Of a stretch of DNA of 64,000 nt, positions 37,214 to 45,377 are shown one piece after another. Numbering within the stretch: position 1 is the stretch's first letter; each line of letters begins with the position of its first letter. The position numbers and the translations under genes are program-made. Source of the stretch: Escherichia phage T5. Below the pieces are notes generated by a model. That model did not search any database. It was not told the origin of the DNA and saw only the letters and a program-made list of their open reading frames with translations. Location of the stretch: the sequence record AY587007.1; one strand, given 5' to 3'.

Positions 37214-37719
37214 TTCATAGCAAGAAAATTTTTCAAGTTTTCGGTAGACATCTCATCCACATCTACAGGGGAAACAAACCCATTTAACTGTCTAGCAAAC
37301 TTTTCGCCAGCAGGATCATTATCCCCAACAGCTACCAATTTAAAAGGTAGTAATTTCAATTGCTTTAATAGCGCTTTTCCTGGAGAAGAACCCAACATTG
37401 CCAGGGCTGGATAACCAGCGTTATGTAACGCAACTGCCTTAAATACAGATTCAGCAATCAATACTACTTTTTCATCTCCATTGAGAGTTTCTAGTCCCCA
37501 TACACACTGTGTAGTAGAATAAGTAAAATATCTAGCTTCAAGGGGGCACTTACCATGACCTTTTGGAGCAGAAGGATTATAAGTCTGATAGCCTCTCAAC
37601 ATCCCAGAGAAGTCATACAAGGGGACTGTTAGCCATCCTTCCGGGCTTAACCAGCAATGATATTTATCTGTATCAAACCCTCTAGATAAGAGATGTTCTG
37701 TTAGTTCATCAACAGTCAT
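37201..37719 (-). CDS. Toprim-domain protein
   Basis: 172 aa from ATG 37719 (RBS GAGAGAGGA); conserved Glu in VVLIAESVF and DxD in AVGDNDPAG as in Toprim folds. Confidence 0.4.
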   Translation of the reverse strand: MTVDELTEHLLSRGFDTDKYHCWLSPEGWLTVPLYDFSGMLRGYQTYNPSAPKGHGKCPLEARYFTYSTTQCVWGLETLNGDEKVVLIAESVFKAVALHNAGYPALAMLGSSPGKALLKQLKLLPFKLVAVGDNDPAGEKFARQLNGFVSPVDVDEMSTENLKNFLAMKLNF

Positions 37720-37749
37720 ATTAGATTCCTCTCTCAAATTTATAAATAT

Positions 37750-37778
37750 ATTATACAGAGAATTTAGCATTCAAGCAA
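37750..37778 (-). promoter_or_regulatory. T5-type early promoter, -35 TTGCTT, 17 bp, -10 TATAAT
   Basis: hexamers on minus strand. Confidence 0.55.
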
Positions 37779-37894
37779 TTGAATTTTTTAACTTTTTAGA
37801 GGAAAATCACAGGATGCTTACAGGTAGCAGGTAAGTGGTCAGGACCGAAATTTGTGACCCCACTAAAAATCTGGGGGCAATTTTTAAAGACCCC

Positions 37895-37923
37895 TTGACA
37901 TTTTCTCCTGGGTAGTGTAAAGT
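37895..37923 (+). promoter_or_regulatory. plus-strand sigma70-like promoter, -35 TTGACA, 17 bp, -10 TAAAGT
   Basis: consensus -35; -10 keeps the T, A and final T positions; lies upstream of the plus-strand island. Confidence 0.4.
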
Positions 37924-37985
37924 ATATGTTATGGATGAGTGATCAAAGAGACACACATTTTCTATATACTAGGAGGTGTCAAAAA

Positions 37986-38393
37986 ATGACAGAAGAAGTA
38001 GCTAATAGTCCTGAGACCGTCGCTAGCGTTGCAGCAGAACTGCACCGTCACGAGGAATCAGATAAGAAAAAGTGGGAGAAGGTCAGAGCCTACGAAGAAG
38101 AACATTGTGAACACGATGATAAAGATGATGAACATTGTCATAAATATGGAAAACATAAAATGCAAGAACCAGTAAACGTATTTACTAACGGCTTCCCTGG
38201 CATGGGTGCATTCCCGGCTAACGCAGGTGCTTTCGGTGGTGAAGGTATGGGCCTATTCGGAGCTATCCTAATCGGTGCTCTATTAACAGGCGGATTTGGT
38301 GGTTTTGGTAGTTTTGTCGCGGTGCTGGCGTTGCCGCTGAAGGAACTGCTGTGGACGCGATCCTTTCTAACCAAGATACTGCAAGTATTCTAG
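37986..38393 (+). CDS. His/acidic N-terminus, Gly-rich hydrophobic C-terminus protein
   Basis: start at ATG 37986 with RBS AGGAGGT; segments HCEHDDKDDEHCH and GFPGMGAFPANAGAFGGEGMGLFGAILIGALLTGGFGGFG. Confidence 0.5.
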   Translation: MTEEVANSPETVASVAAELHRHEESDKKKWEKVRAYEEEHCEHDDKDDEHCHKYGKHKMQEPVNVFTNGFPGMGAFPANAGAFGGEGMGLFGAILIGALLTGGFGGFGSFVAVLALPLKELLWTRSFLTKILQVF

Positions 38394-38950
38394 CTGCAAT
38401 CAACACTACTCGTACAGAAGCTAACCAGGACACTGGGGCTGTTCTAAGCGCAGTAAACGGTGTGGGAGCTGCTCAAGCTGCTAGCACTCAGCAAGTTCTG
38501 ACTACTATCTACGGTACAGGTGCTAATCTGTCAAACCAGATCTGTGCTGAAACTCGTAACGTTATTCAGGGTCAGTTCGATCTTTCTCGTCAGATGGATC
38601 AATCTTTCGCTGCTAACCAGATCGCACGTGCTCAAGATAAGTTTGACTCTGCTCAGATTGCTTTCCAGCAGTCTATTCAGACTAACAACCAGTTTGCCGC
38701 TGTTCAGGCTCAGATGTGTGCTAACCAGAATGCTATAGAACGTCAGCTTGCTGAATGTTGCTGTGAGCTTCAGACTGCGATCGCCGGTGTAACTACTGCG
38801 CGTATCCAGGACGAACTGAATGAATGCCGTCTGCGCGAAGCAATCGCTGCAGGTAGCGGTGCAAATGGTCAGGTAATCAACCAAATCGCTGTAAGTCTTG
38901 GTGCTATCACTCAGACTCTGGCTGGTCTGCAGGCTAAACTGCCGGCTTAA
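38351..38950 (+). CDS. Ala/Gln-rich low-complexity protein
   Basis: GTG start with RBS AAGGA; overlaps the previous gene by 43 nt in the -1 frame; contains CCC triplet AECCCE. Confidence 0.4.
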   Translation: MDAILSNQDTASILAAINTTRTEANQDTGAVLSAVNGVGAAQAASTQQVLTTIYGTGANLSNQICAETRNVIQGQFDLSRQMDQSFAANQIARAQDKFDSAQIAFQQSIQTNNQFAAVQAQMCANQNAIERQLAECCCELQTAIAGVTTARIQDELNECRLREAIAAGSGANGQVINQIAVSLGAITQTLAGLQAKLPA

Positions 38951-38971
38951 AATTAAGGGGAGGAGTCCATT

Positions 38972-39388
38972 ATGAGTAAATATGGTTTTGTAAACAACGG
39001 ATTTAATCAACAAATGGGCTCCCAGCAGCCCGTTCCGGGTCTGGATAATCCTTACCTACAACAGTTGCAACAGCGTTTAGCAGAAGCGCAACAGATGCAG
39101 CAACAACTCCAGCAAAACCCTGGAAGTGTGAGTCCTATGCAAATGATGCAGCAAATGAGCGGGCAGTCGCAAATGCCTCAACAAATGCAGCAACAGGTGC
39201 CTCAGCAGCAAGTTCAGCAACAAACCCAACAACCGCAGGTTTCTGCGGAAGGACAGGCAGTACTAGCCCTTTTCGAAGATTTCGCAAAGACAGAGGATGG
39301 GAAACAGCTTGTATCACTTATGGGTAAGTTTAATAGCTTCTGCCAAAGCCAAGTTGCAAAAGCTCAAAATGGTGATAATAGCTCCTAA
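38972..39388 (+). CDS. Gln-rich low-complexity protein
   Basis: 138 aa with strong RBS AAGGGGAGGAG; long Q-rich runs. Confidence 0.5.
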   Translation: MSKYGFVNNGFNQQMGSQQPVPGLDNPYLQQLQQRLAEAQQMQQQLQQNPGSVSPMQMMQQMSGQSQMPQQMQQQVPQQQVQQQTQQPQVSAEGQAVLALFEDFAKTEDGKQLVSLMGKFNSFCQSQVAKAQNGDNSS

Positions 39389-39397
39389 GGAGGAATT

Positions 39398-39592
39398 ATG
39401 TGTTGCAGAAAATCTGTTTCGTGCTGCCCAATGCCTGTAGCACGTTGTTGCTCTCCAGCAATGTTTACACAAATACCGGCGTTCAATCCCTTTGCCTTTA
39501 AGCCTACTCTTATCCTGCCCCCTAGAGTAGATTTTCAGTCAAGATTGGCCTCCCGTATGGGTGGTTGCTGTAATAAGAGTATATGGTTCTAA
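39398..39592 (+). CDS. Cys-rich small protein
   Basis: 64 aa with RBS AAGGAGG; CC doublets (MCC, SCC, RCC, GCC). Confidence 0.5.
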   Translation: MCCRKSVSCCPMPVARCCSPAMFTQIPAFNPFAFKPTLILPPRVDFQSRLASRMGGCCNKSIWF

Positions 39593-39609
39593 AGAACCAA
39601 TAATAAAAA

Positions 39610-39641
39610 CCCCTAGTCGAAAGACTTAGGGGTTTTCTTTT
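39610..39641 (+). terminator. rho-independent terminator
   Basis: hairpin CCCCTAGTC-GAAA-GACTTAGGGG followed by TTTTCTTTT. Confidence 0.6.
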
Positions 39642-39688
39642 ATCTTAAATACAGAAAAGCCCTGCGCTCTCCAGGGAACACAGGGCTT
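39641..39688 (-). terminator. probable rho-independent terminator for the SPFH gene
   Basis: 8-bp stem AAGCCCTG/CAGGGCTT, then U-rich run on the minus-strand RNA. Confidence 0.4.
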
Positions 39689-39711
39689 ACTTCGAATATT
39701 ACATGTGGGTA

Positions 39712-40659
39712 TTACTTGTTACGCATATCCATAATCATCTGGCCATCGTAACCAGTGCCAACTACTGTTTGCGGTACACCACCTTGATATTTCTGAGCAC
39801 GAATCATTTCAACTTCTAGTTGTTTCCAGCGAATCATCTCAGGAGTAATAGTACGTTGCAGAGCGGCGTTAGCTTCGGCTTCTTTCTTAGCTGCGTACAG
39901 TTTAGCATCTGCATCACGTTCGTTTGCAATAGCCTGGTTGTTACGAGCTTCACGATCTGCTTCTGCTTGTTTAACCTTCTGCTGTGCTTCTTGTTCAACA
40001 CGAGCCAATTCAGCTTTCGCAGCATTAACTTGTTCTTCACGAACTTTGGTATTCTGTACCTGTTCCATGATTACAGGCGGCAAAGTAATATCCTGAAGGA
40101 ACACTTGCTTAACTGTGTAACCATAAGGGCGTGCGTACTCTTCAACTTCCTGCTGAATTGCAGTTTGCAATTGTGCTTGAATTTTAGCATCAAACAAATC
40201 TTGTGCTTTAGGTACAGACTTACCAAACTCACGAATAGTAGATAGTAATTTCTCAGTTACATACTTATCTAGAGCCTGATCCTGAGTACCTGCGTTAATA
40301 CGGTTAATCGGTGCCTTAGAACCATCAAACTGCAACATAACAGTCAGGTCAACAGTGGATTTAAACTTATCCTGGCTGGGAACCTGAAGTTTATCTAATT
40401 TTACAGCAATATCTTTTGTACTAAAAGTATCGAAAGATGCAAATGGGTTTACAAGATGGAAACCAGGTAATACTGGGTTAGGATCTACTTTACCCAGAAA
40501 TGTTTGGGTTTTAACCGTACCATCAGAAACAATAGTATATGAATTAAAAGCTAGGATTAAACCTGCTAAACCAACCACAGCACCAATACCCCAACGTTTA
40601 ATAGTGCGAACTACTTTTTGCTCAGAAGTCAGTTCTTTCATATTTTTAGTATTAAACAT
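39712..40659 (-). CDS. SPFH / band-7 (prohibitin-stomatin-like) membrane protein
   Basis: 315 aa; N-terminal transmembrane helix, SPFH-like core, long Ala/Glu/Gln-rich coiled-coil tail; RBS AAGGAA. Confidence 0.6.
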   Translation of the reverse strand: MFNTKNMKELTSEQKVVRTIKRWGIGAVVGLAGLILAFNSYTIVSDGTVKTQTFLGKVDPNPVLPGFHLVNPFASFDTFSTKDIAVKLDKLQVPSQDKFKSTVDLTVMLQFDGSKAPINRINAGTQDQALDKYVTEKLLSTIREFGKSVPKAQDLFDAKIQAQLQTAIQQEVEEYARPYGYTVKQVFLQDITLPPVIMEQVQNTKVREEQVNAAKAELARVEQEAQQKVKQAEADREARNNQAIANERDADAKLYAAKKEAEANAALQRTITPEMIRWKQLEVEMIRAQKYQGGVPQTVVGTGYDGQMIMDMRNK

Positions 40660-40693
40660 ATATTTCCTTTGTTTTAGTTACAGTTAATAAAGT

Positions 40694-40768
40694 TGGCCGA
40701 GGTGACAGGATTCGAACCTGCATAAAGGAATTTAGAAGACTCCTGCCTCTCCCTTAGACTACACCCCG
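40694..40768 (-). tRNA. tRNA-Arg (anticodon TCT)
   Basis: clean cloverleaf; anticodon stem GGAGT/ATTCC; CCA encoded. Confidence 0.65.
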
Positions 40769-40885
40769 TTTAAGTATTTTTAAGAACTCTCGTAAAAACT
40801 CTTAAAAATACAGACGATACCGGGAGAGTCATAAGTCTCACTCATTAAGTATTTCAAGACAAAATACAGTAACGTCTATTATTTT

Positions 40886-40996
40886 CCAGTTTATGTCAAG
40901 GTGACTATACTTACTTATGCATATAAGGTCGCCATCTGGCAGATTACTCATAAGTCTTATAAAGTAAGTATTCCAGTTTAAGTCAAGGTGACTTAG
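40886..40996. repeat. two copies of CCAGTTTA(T/A)GTCAAGGTGACT ~87 bp apart in a non-coding stretch
   Basis: direct repeat read from sequence at about 40886-40908 and 40973-40995. Confidence 0.5.
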
Positions 40997-41352
40997 TGGT
41001 TATACACTGCATATACGAGTGCTCGGTTAGGTTAGGGTCATGACTCCCTACCTTTTGCTGCCCTCAACAGGAGTTATCGCGCGTTTACCTGTATGTTGTG
41101 CACCATTAGTCACGACTTTCACGTGATCCTTTCCCACTTTGTTGGTAGCTTGAAAAACTACTCCGATATGGAGGAAAAACTTCACTACCTAGAATACCTT
41201 CTAAAGTTCTTCTTTAGCCTGGACATAGTTAAATCGTAATAAAACTATTCAGCAGACTGGTTGGTTAGTCTGGAACCAACTACCGCGTGGTTTAGGCAGT
41301 GCGCAACTAACCTCGGAAGCTTTTACGTTAAAAGCACCAGTTATCCAGTTCT

Positions 41353-41424
41353 TACCGACCGTAGGATTCGAACCTACATCTTCCACCAGTTACGGCTTGA
41401 TAATACCGTTTATACTAGGTCGGC
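41353..41424 (-). other. tRNA-like element without CCA, no canonical anticodon arm
   Basis: good acceptor pairing and perfect T-arm (GTAGG TTCGAAT CCTAC); middle does not fold as D plus anticodon arms. Confidence 0.3.
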
Positions 41425-41500
41425 AGTGTTACTACATAAGTGATTTCCACACCCCACTATCAATAAATTAGAGAAGAATTACTCTCTAATTTATGAATAT

Positions 41501-41529
41501 ATTATACAGAATTTATAAGCATTTAGCAA
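41501..41529 (-). promoter_or_regulatory. T5-type early promoter, -35 TTGCTA, 17 bp, -10 TATAAT
   Basis: hexamers on minus strand. Confidence 0.6.
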
Positions 41530-41537
41530 ATGAATTT

Positions 41538-41972
41538 TTAGAAAAACTCGCTAGCAATCAAGGCGGCTGTTTTACCATCATAACGCCCTGAAAACTCTGC
41601 CTTAATAGTTTTCATTAAGAGAGCTTTGGTAATACCTGGGTTTAGCTTAACCAATTCTGCAAAATATTTACGAATTTCAGTTTCAGTTAGCTGTTGTAGT
41701 GCATAATCATGCTCTAAACGCGCTAAAAGATCTAAGTATTCAGCATCAGGAGTATAGTCAACATTCGATTTTTCAGCGGCAATCCGTGTATTCTCAATTG
41801 CTTTGAGTTGTGATTTCAACCAGTTAGTAAACCCCAGCTCAGTTACGCAATCTTTATCAATACGTTGCAGGTCTCCTAGAACCGTACTTAGATGCTTAAC
41901 TGATACAGCGTCACCACTTTTGCGAGCAGCTTCAATCAACTCTCGCAGTACATAAAGCATATTCATGCCCAT
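41538..41972 (-). CDS. hypothetical protein
   Basis: 144-aa ORF. Confidence 0.45.
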   Translation of the reverse strand: MGMNMLYVLRELIEAARKSGDAVSVKHLSTVLGDLQRIDKDCVTELGFTNWLKSQLKAIENTRIAAEKSNVDYTPDAEYLDLLARLEHDYALQQLTETEIRKYFAELVKLNPGITKALLMKTIKAEFSGRYDGKTAALIASEFF

Positions 41973-42142
41973 TATTTCATCCCCAATGCTTGGTTAAAAG
42001 ATTGTTCTGTCATAACTGCTGAAACTTTGGCGAAATCAAACTTTTTAGGGTTCGTAGTGATCTCAGCAACGTTGGAAGTTTTAACAGTTTTCGTAGTACG
42101 AATACCGCGAGTGTTAACACCAATGACGATCAAGTTTTTCAT
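41971..42142 (-). CDS. small hypothetical protein (56 aa)
   Basis: ORF below track cut-off with RBS GAGGAAG; stop overlaps next start as TAATG. Confidence 0.3.
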
Positions 42143-42173
42143 ATTTCGCTTCCTCTCATTAATTTATGAAAGT

Positions 42174-42202
42174 ATTATACAGAAGTTTAAGTATTTAAGC
42201 AA
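42174..42202 (-). promoter_or_regulatory. T5-type early promoter, -35 TTGCTT, 17 bp, -10 TATAAT
   Basis: hexamers on minus strand. Confidence 0.6.
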
Positions 42203-42210
42203 ATAAATTT

Positions 42211-42678
42211 TTAAGTTTTAGTGACAGCAGGCTTATAAAATGTATGTCCCTTAATCTTAGTTGTTTTCTTAAACTTCTTTGTCCAGTATGGTTTATCTTT
42301 ACCACTATGGAAGTATAAAGCTCCATGTGTAGGATCTTGTGGTAAATCAACGTAGTATATCACTCTAGCTAAATTCTTGGCGGTTTGCCAAGCCTCATCG
42401 GTTTTATCGACTTTTGGTCTCTTAGATACCCAAGAGAACTGGTTAGACTGATATACTACTTTACAGTAGGAATCTGGAAATTTGCCGGAGTTTACACGGT
42501 TTTTAGTAACCTGTGCAACCGCCATCATTCCCTTTATGCCCTCACCACGACTCTCGAAATAGATATTTTTAGCAATGCAATCTATTTCTTTTGCATCGTG
42601 CGATGCTTGACTACTAAAGCTGAAGGTAAGGGCAGCTACTAAAAGCCAAGCTGCCTTCATTCTTTTTACTCCTGCCAA
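42211..42678 (-). CDS. secreted cell-wall hydrolase (SleB-like fold)
   Basis: 155 aa with signal peptide; NIYFESRGEG ... MMAVAQVTKNRV resembles the cell-wall hydrolase family. Confidence 0.5.
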   Translation of the reverse strand: MAGVKRMKAAWLLVAALTFSFSSQASHDAKEIDCIAKNIYFESRGEGIKGMMAVAQVTKNRVNSGKFPDSYCKVVYQSNQFSWVSKRPKVDKTDEAWQTAKNLARVIYYVDLPQDPTHGALYFHSGKDKPYWTKKFKKTTKIKGHTFYKPAVTKT

Positions 42679-42983
42679 TCGTATTCAATACGATTGGGGT
42701 TTTCTTTGTATCCCAAGTCAAGCAAATCATTACGCATAGTTTGCTTAGCTACGGGATTCGAGGTTACTAGTACCACTTTCTTTGGTCTCTGCCCAAATTC
42801 TAAAAGTAAACGAAGAATTTGATAACCTTCCATACCATCTACAGCCAAATCGTTATCGAAATAAACAAAATGGCCAGTGGTATCAGTTTTATTCAGAAAC
42901 TCGATAGCGGCTTCTGGGGTTCGAATGATAATGTCCATTCCGTGAAGATTACGCACATCATCAATCAAAATATGAAAAGTCAT
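42666..42983 (-). CDS. hypothetical protein
   Basis: 105-aa ORF. Confidence 0.45.
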   Translation of the reverse strand: MTFHILIDDVRNLHGMDIIIRTPEAAIEFLNKTDTTGHFVYFDNDLAVDGMEGYQILRLLLEFGQRPKKVVLVTSNPVAKQTMRNDLLDLGYKENPNRIEYDWQE

Positions 42984-43013
42984 AATAGCCTCGTTTCATC
43001 AATTTAAAAATAT

Positions 43014-43042
43014 ATTATACAGAAAACTTAATAAATTAGCAA
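43014..43042 (-). promoter_or_regulatory. T5-type early promoter, -35 TTGCTA, 17 bp, -10 TATAAT
   Basis: hexamers on minus strand. Confidence 0.6.
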
Positions 43043-43425
43043 ATACATTTTTAAATTGTGAAACTAGTAAACCGATAAACAGCCTAGAGGCGCCACAGGC
43101 CATATCTTACGAGCCATGTACCTTTGATCTAGGGTTTGAATCATCAACGAATACTTTGCATCTTTTAGCTTTAGAAGTTTAGAAGTTTGAGTTCTTTAAA
43201 CTTTTCAGCTTTCATACTTAAATGTTGATCTTTGAAGTTGTGTCGGTAATATCAACGACTTTTTGTTTTTACGTGTCAGATTAAATGTCTGATGTAATAA
43301 ACATAATCTCCAATAGATTATACTTTATAGTATGGTCAGCGGTCTTATTTAACCTCGTATTTCAACCGCTGCTGCGAGGTAAGATGCTTGGGCTTTCGTC
43401 TACCGATTTACTAGCTTTTAAATTA

Positions 43426-44064
43426 TTACTCTACTTCAATGAAGGTAGAGGCATTAGACTCGGACAGAACAAAGTCAACATTTGTTGCAAAGTCCTGGTA
43501 TTCCTCGTCATGCTGTTTAATCAGCTTCTCCAGTCCCAGCGGATCAATCAAGAATGGAGTATTCTTGAGTTCCAACAGGTTGAGCTGCATTTTAACTTCA
43601 TCTTCGGAAGTTTTCTTATCGCGGGTAGCCATGCTATCCTGCAAACGCTCATATTTAGCATCAAACTGTGCTTTCTGCGTATTAAACTTAACCGTAGCGG
43701 CATGGAACTGCTTACGCATATTAGCCAGCAACTGAGCTTTAAGCTCCATAGAACGCTTAGCTTCAATTGCTTCTGCAACAGTCATTTTACGAGAACCGAT
43801 CTCAACGATCGTTTCTGCGTTGCTCTTAATCAGAGCAGCTTTGATACGATCACGCTGGGACATCATATCCAGCAGAGACTGGAAATCAGTCTTAATACGA
43901 GTAGACAGGGCATCTACTTCGATTGCGGCGCCAACTACAACCTGGTTTTTATCCTTACCTTCACCAACAGCGATCAGAAGCTGTTGTTCAGTAGCTTTAC
44001 GGATTTTAGCTTCCAGAGATTTGATGGTTGCCAGAGCACGAGTTTTAGAAATACGAGTGGTCAT
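43426..44064 (-). CDS. hypothetical coiled-coil protein
   Basis: 212-aa ORF co-oriented with neighbours; the antisense ORF 43285-44082 is low-complexity. Confidence 0.5.
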   Translation of the reverse strand: MTTRISKTRALATIKSLEAKIRKATEQQLLIAVGEGKDKNQVVVGAAIEVDALSTRIKTDFQSLLDMMSQRDRIKAALIKSNAETIVEIGSRKMTVAEAIEAKRSMELKAQLLANMRKQFHAATVKFNTQKAQFDAKYERLQDSMATRDKKTSEDEVKMQLNLLELKNTPFLIDPLGLEKLIKQHDEEYQDFATNVDFVLSESNASTFIEVE

Positions 44065-44116
44065 TGTTTCTTCCTTATATGAAGTTTAAGATTTGAATTT
44101 GTTTAAAGTTGGTCTA

Positions 44117-44299
44117 TTACAGACCAATTGCCAGTAGGGTACGCAGAACAGTATCTTTACTGTTATCAATTTTAGGATTAGCACGATTTAGCAGATCAAA
44201 GATTTTCTGGACACCTGATTGACGTTCAGCCATACGACGGATACCCAGATTACGAGTAGCTTTCTTACCATTTTTACGAACATTTTTAGATACTGGCAT
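44117..44299 (-). CDS. small basic protein
   Basis: 60-aa Arg/Lys-rich ORF. Confidence 0.35.
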   Translation of the reverse strand: MPVSKNVRKNGKKATRNLGIRRMAERQSGVQKIFDLLNRANPKIDNSKDTVLRTLLAIGL

Positions 44300-44323
44300 A
44301 TCTGTTTTCCTTGTGTTGTTTTC

Positions 44324-45070
44324 TCAAATTGATGAATATATTATACAGAATTTTGAAGCTGGAAGCAAATCAAATTTGATTTTTTCGACCATAGCTGCAA
44401 CACAATAGCTCTCAACTAAGGCATCGAATGCTGGGTCATGTTTAACTGGGTAGATTCCATAACGAATGGTGTCCATCTTCTCCATCTTAGCTTTTGCCCA
44501 GCTAATCCCCTCTGCTTCTAGGTCTTTGTAGCTATAACCAGCCTGCATCCAGAGATTGCGGAGAGATCGAACATTGCCCAAGTTCCAGAATTTCCACGGA
44601 ACTATTTCTTCATTGGTTCCAGCATGAAACGTATTTGCAGAATAGATAGTCATATCAAATTCTGGGCCGTTGCCATAATACAAAGCATTCTCACCTAGAG
44701 CCAACTCCATAATATTTTGGGCCATAGAGTAAGCAGCATAGTTAGAGCCGAGTTTATTAGTACAACGATGTTTACCCTTTTGGAATGCCATCAGCTTTGG
44801 ATTACGATCGTTCATAGCTTCCATAATATGGAGAGCTGATGGACTATTTTTAGCTTGATCCATCCAGAATGCTAGAGTAGATGCCGTAACTTTAGCTCCA
44901 GAATTAAGCTGATCTTGTACATCCAAAGTAACAAACACTAGATCGGGGTCTTTATCAATTCCATGCATAGCCACAAAAGCGAAAGAAGGCATTGCGATAT
45001 GAGTAGTACCGCAATCTCCTGGAGTTCCTAGAGATTCAATATCTAGCATACCAAATGGTTTTACTTTCAT
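44324..45070 (-). CDS. putative 3'-5' exonuclease (DEDD-like)
   Basis: 248 aa; LDIESLG resembles Exo I motif and HDPAFDALV resembles Exo III motif; tentative. Confidence 0.4.
   Translation of the reverse strand: MKVKPFGMLDIESLGTPGDCGTTHIAMPSFAFVAMHGIDKDPDLVFVTLDVQDQLNSGAKVTASTLAFWMDQAKNSPSALHIMEAMNDRNPKLMAFQKGKHRCTNKLGSNYAAYSMAQNIMELALGENALYYGNGPEFDMTIYSANTFHAGTNEEIVPWKFWNLGNVRSLRNLWMQAGYSYKDLEAEGISWAKAKMEKMDTIRYGIYPVKHDPAFDALVESYCVAAMVEKIKFDLLPASKFCIIYSSI
44340..44368 (-). promoter_or_regulatory. T5-type early promoter, -35 TTGCTT, 17 bp, -10 TATAAT
   Basis: hexamers on minus strand; lies within the 3' end of the upstream ORF. Confidence 0.5.
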
Positions 45071-45098
45071 AACTTATCCTTTATTGCGTAGAAAACTA

Positions 45099-45335
45099 TT
45101 AAAGAGCTGTCTCTTTAATAGACTCCCACTTCTTGAGGTCTTTAGAACCAGGAAGCATATCCTCACTGACATCCCAGTTCTCTTCCATAGAGAAGTCAGG
45201 CCATTCATTCCAGCTACCTTCCAGCTCTTCATAACAGGTATTCATTACCTCATGACTAGAAAGTCGTGTATAATCTCTAGCGGATTTATGGGTGCTAGCA
45301 CGGTTAAAATCATTCTTTGCTACAAAATTACGCAT
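45099..45335 (-). CDS. hypothetical acidic protein
   Basis: 78-aa ORF with RBS GGAGAA; preferred over the plus-strand ORF 45084-45353. Confidence 0.45.
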   Translation of the reverse strand: MRNFVAKNDFNRASTHKSARDYTRLSSHEVMNTCYEELEGSWNEWPDFSMEENWDVSEDMLPGSKDLKKWESIKETAL

Positions 45336-45377
45336 AGTTTCTCCAAAATATGAGGGGCTTTCGCCCCTATTTATCTA

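Noticed and set aside
38309-38393. Programmed -1 frameshift fusing ORFs 37986-38393 and 38351-38950
   Set aside because: No slippery heptamer is present in the overlap, and the second ORF has its own AAGGA ribosome-binding site and GTG start; a sequencing indel cannot be excluded.
43285-44082. 265-aa plus-strand ORF
   Set aside because: It is antisense to the co-oriented minus-strand ORF 43426-44064 and its translation is Leu/Phe/Ser-rich low complexity, typical of the reverse strand of a coiled-coil gene.
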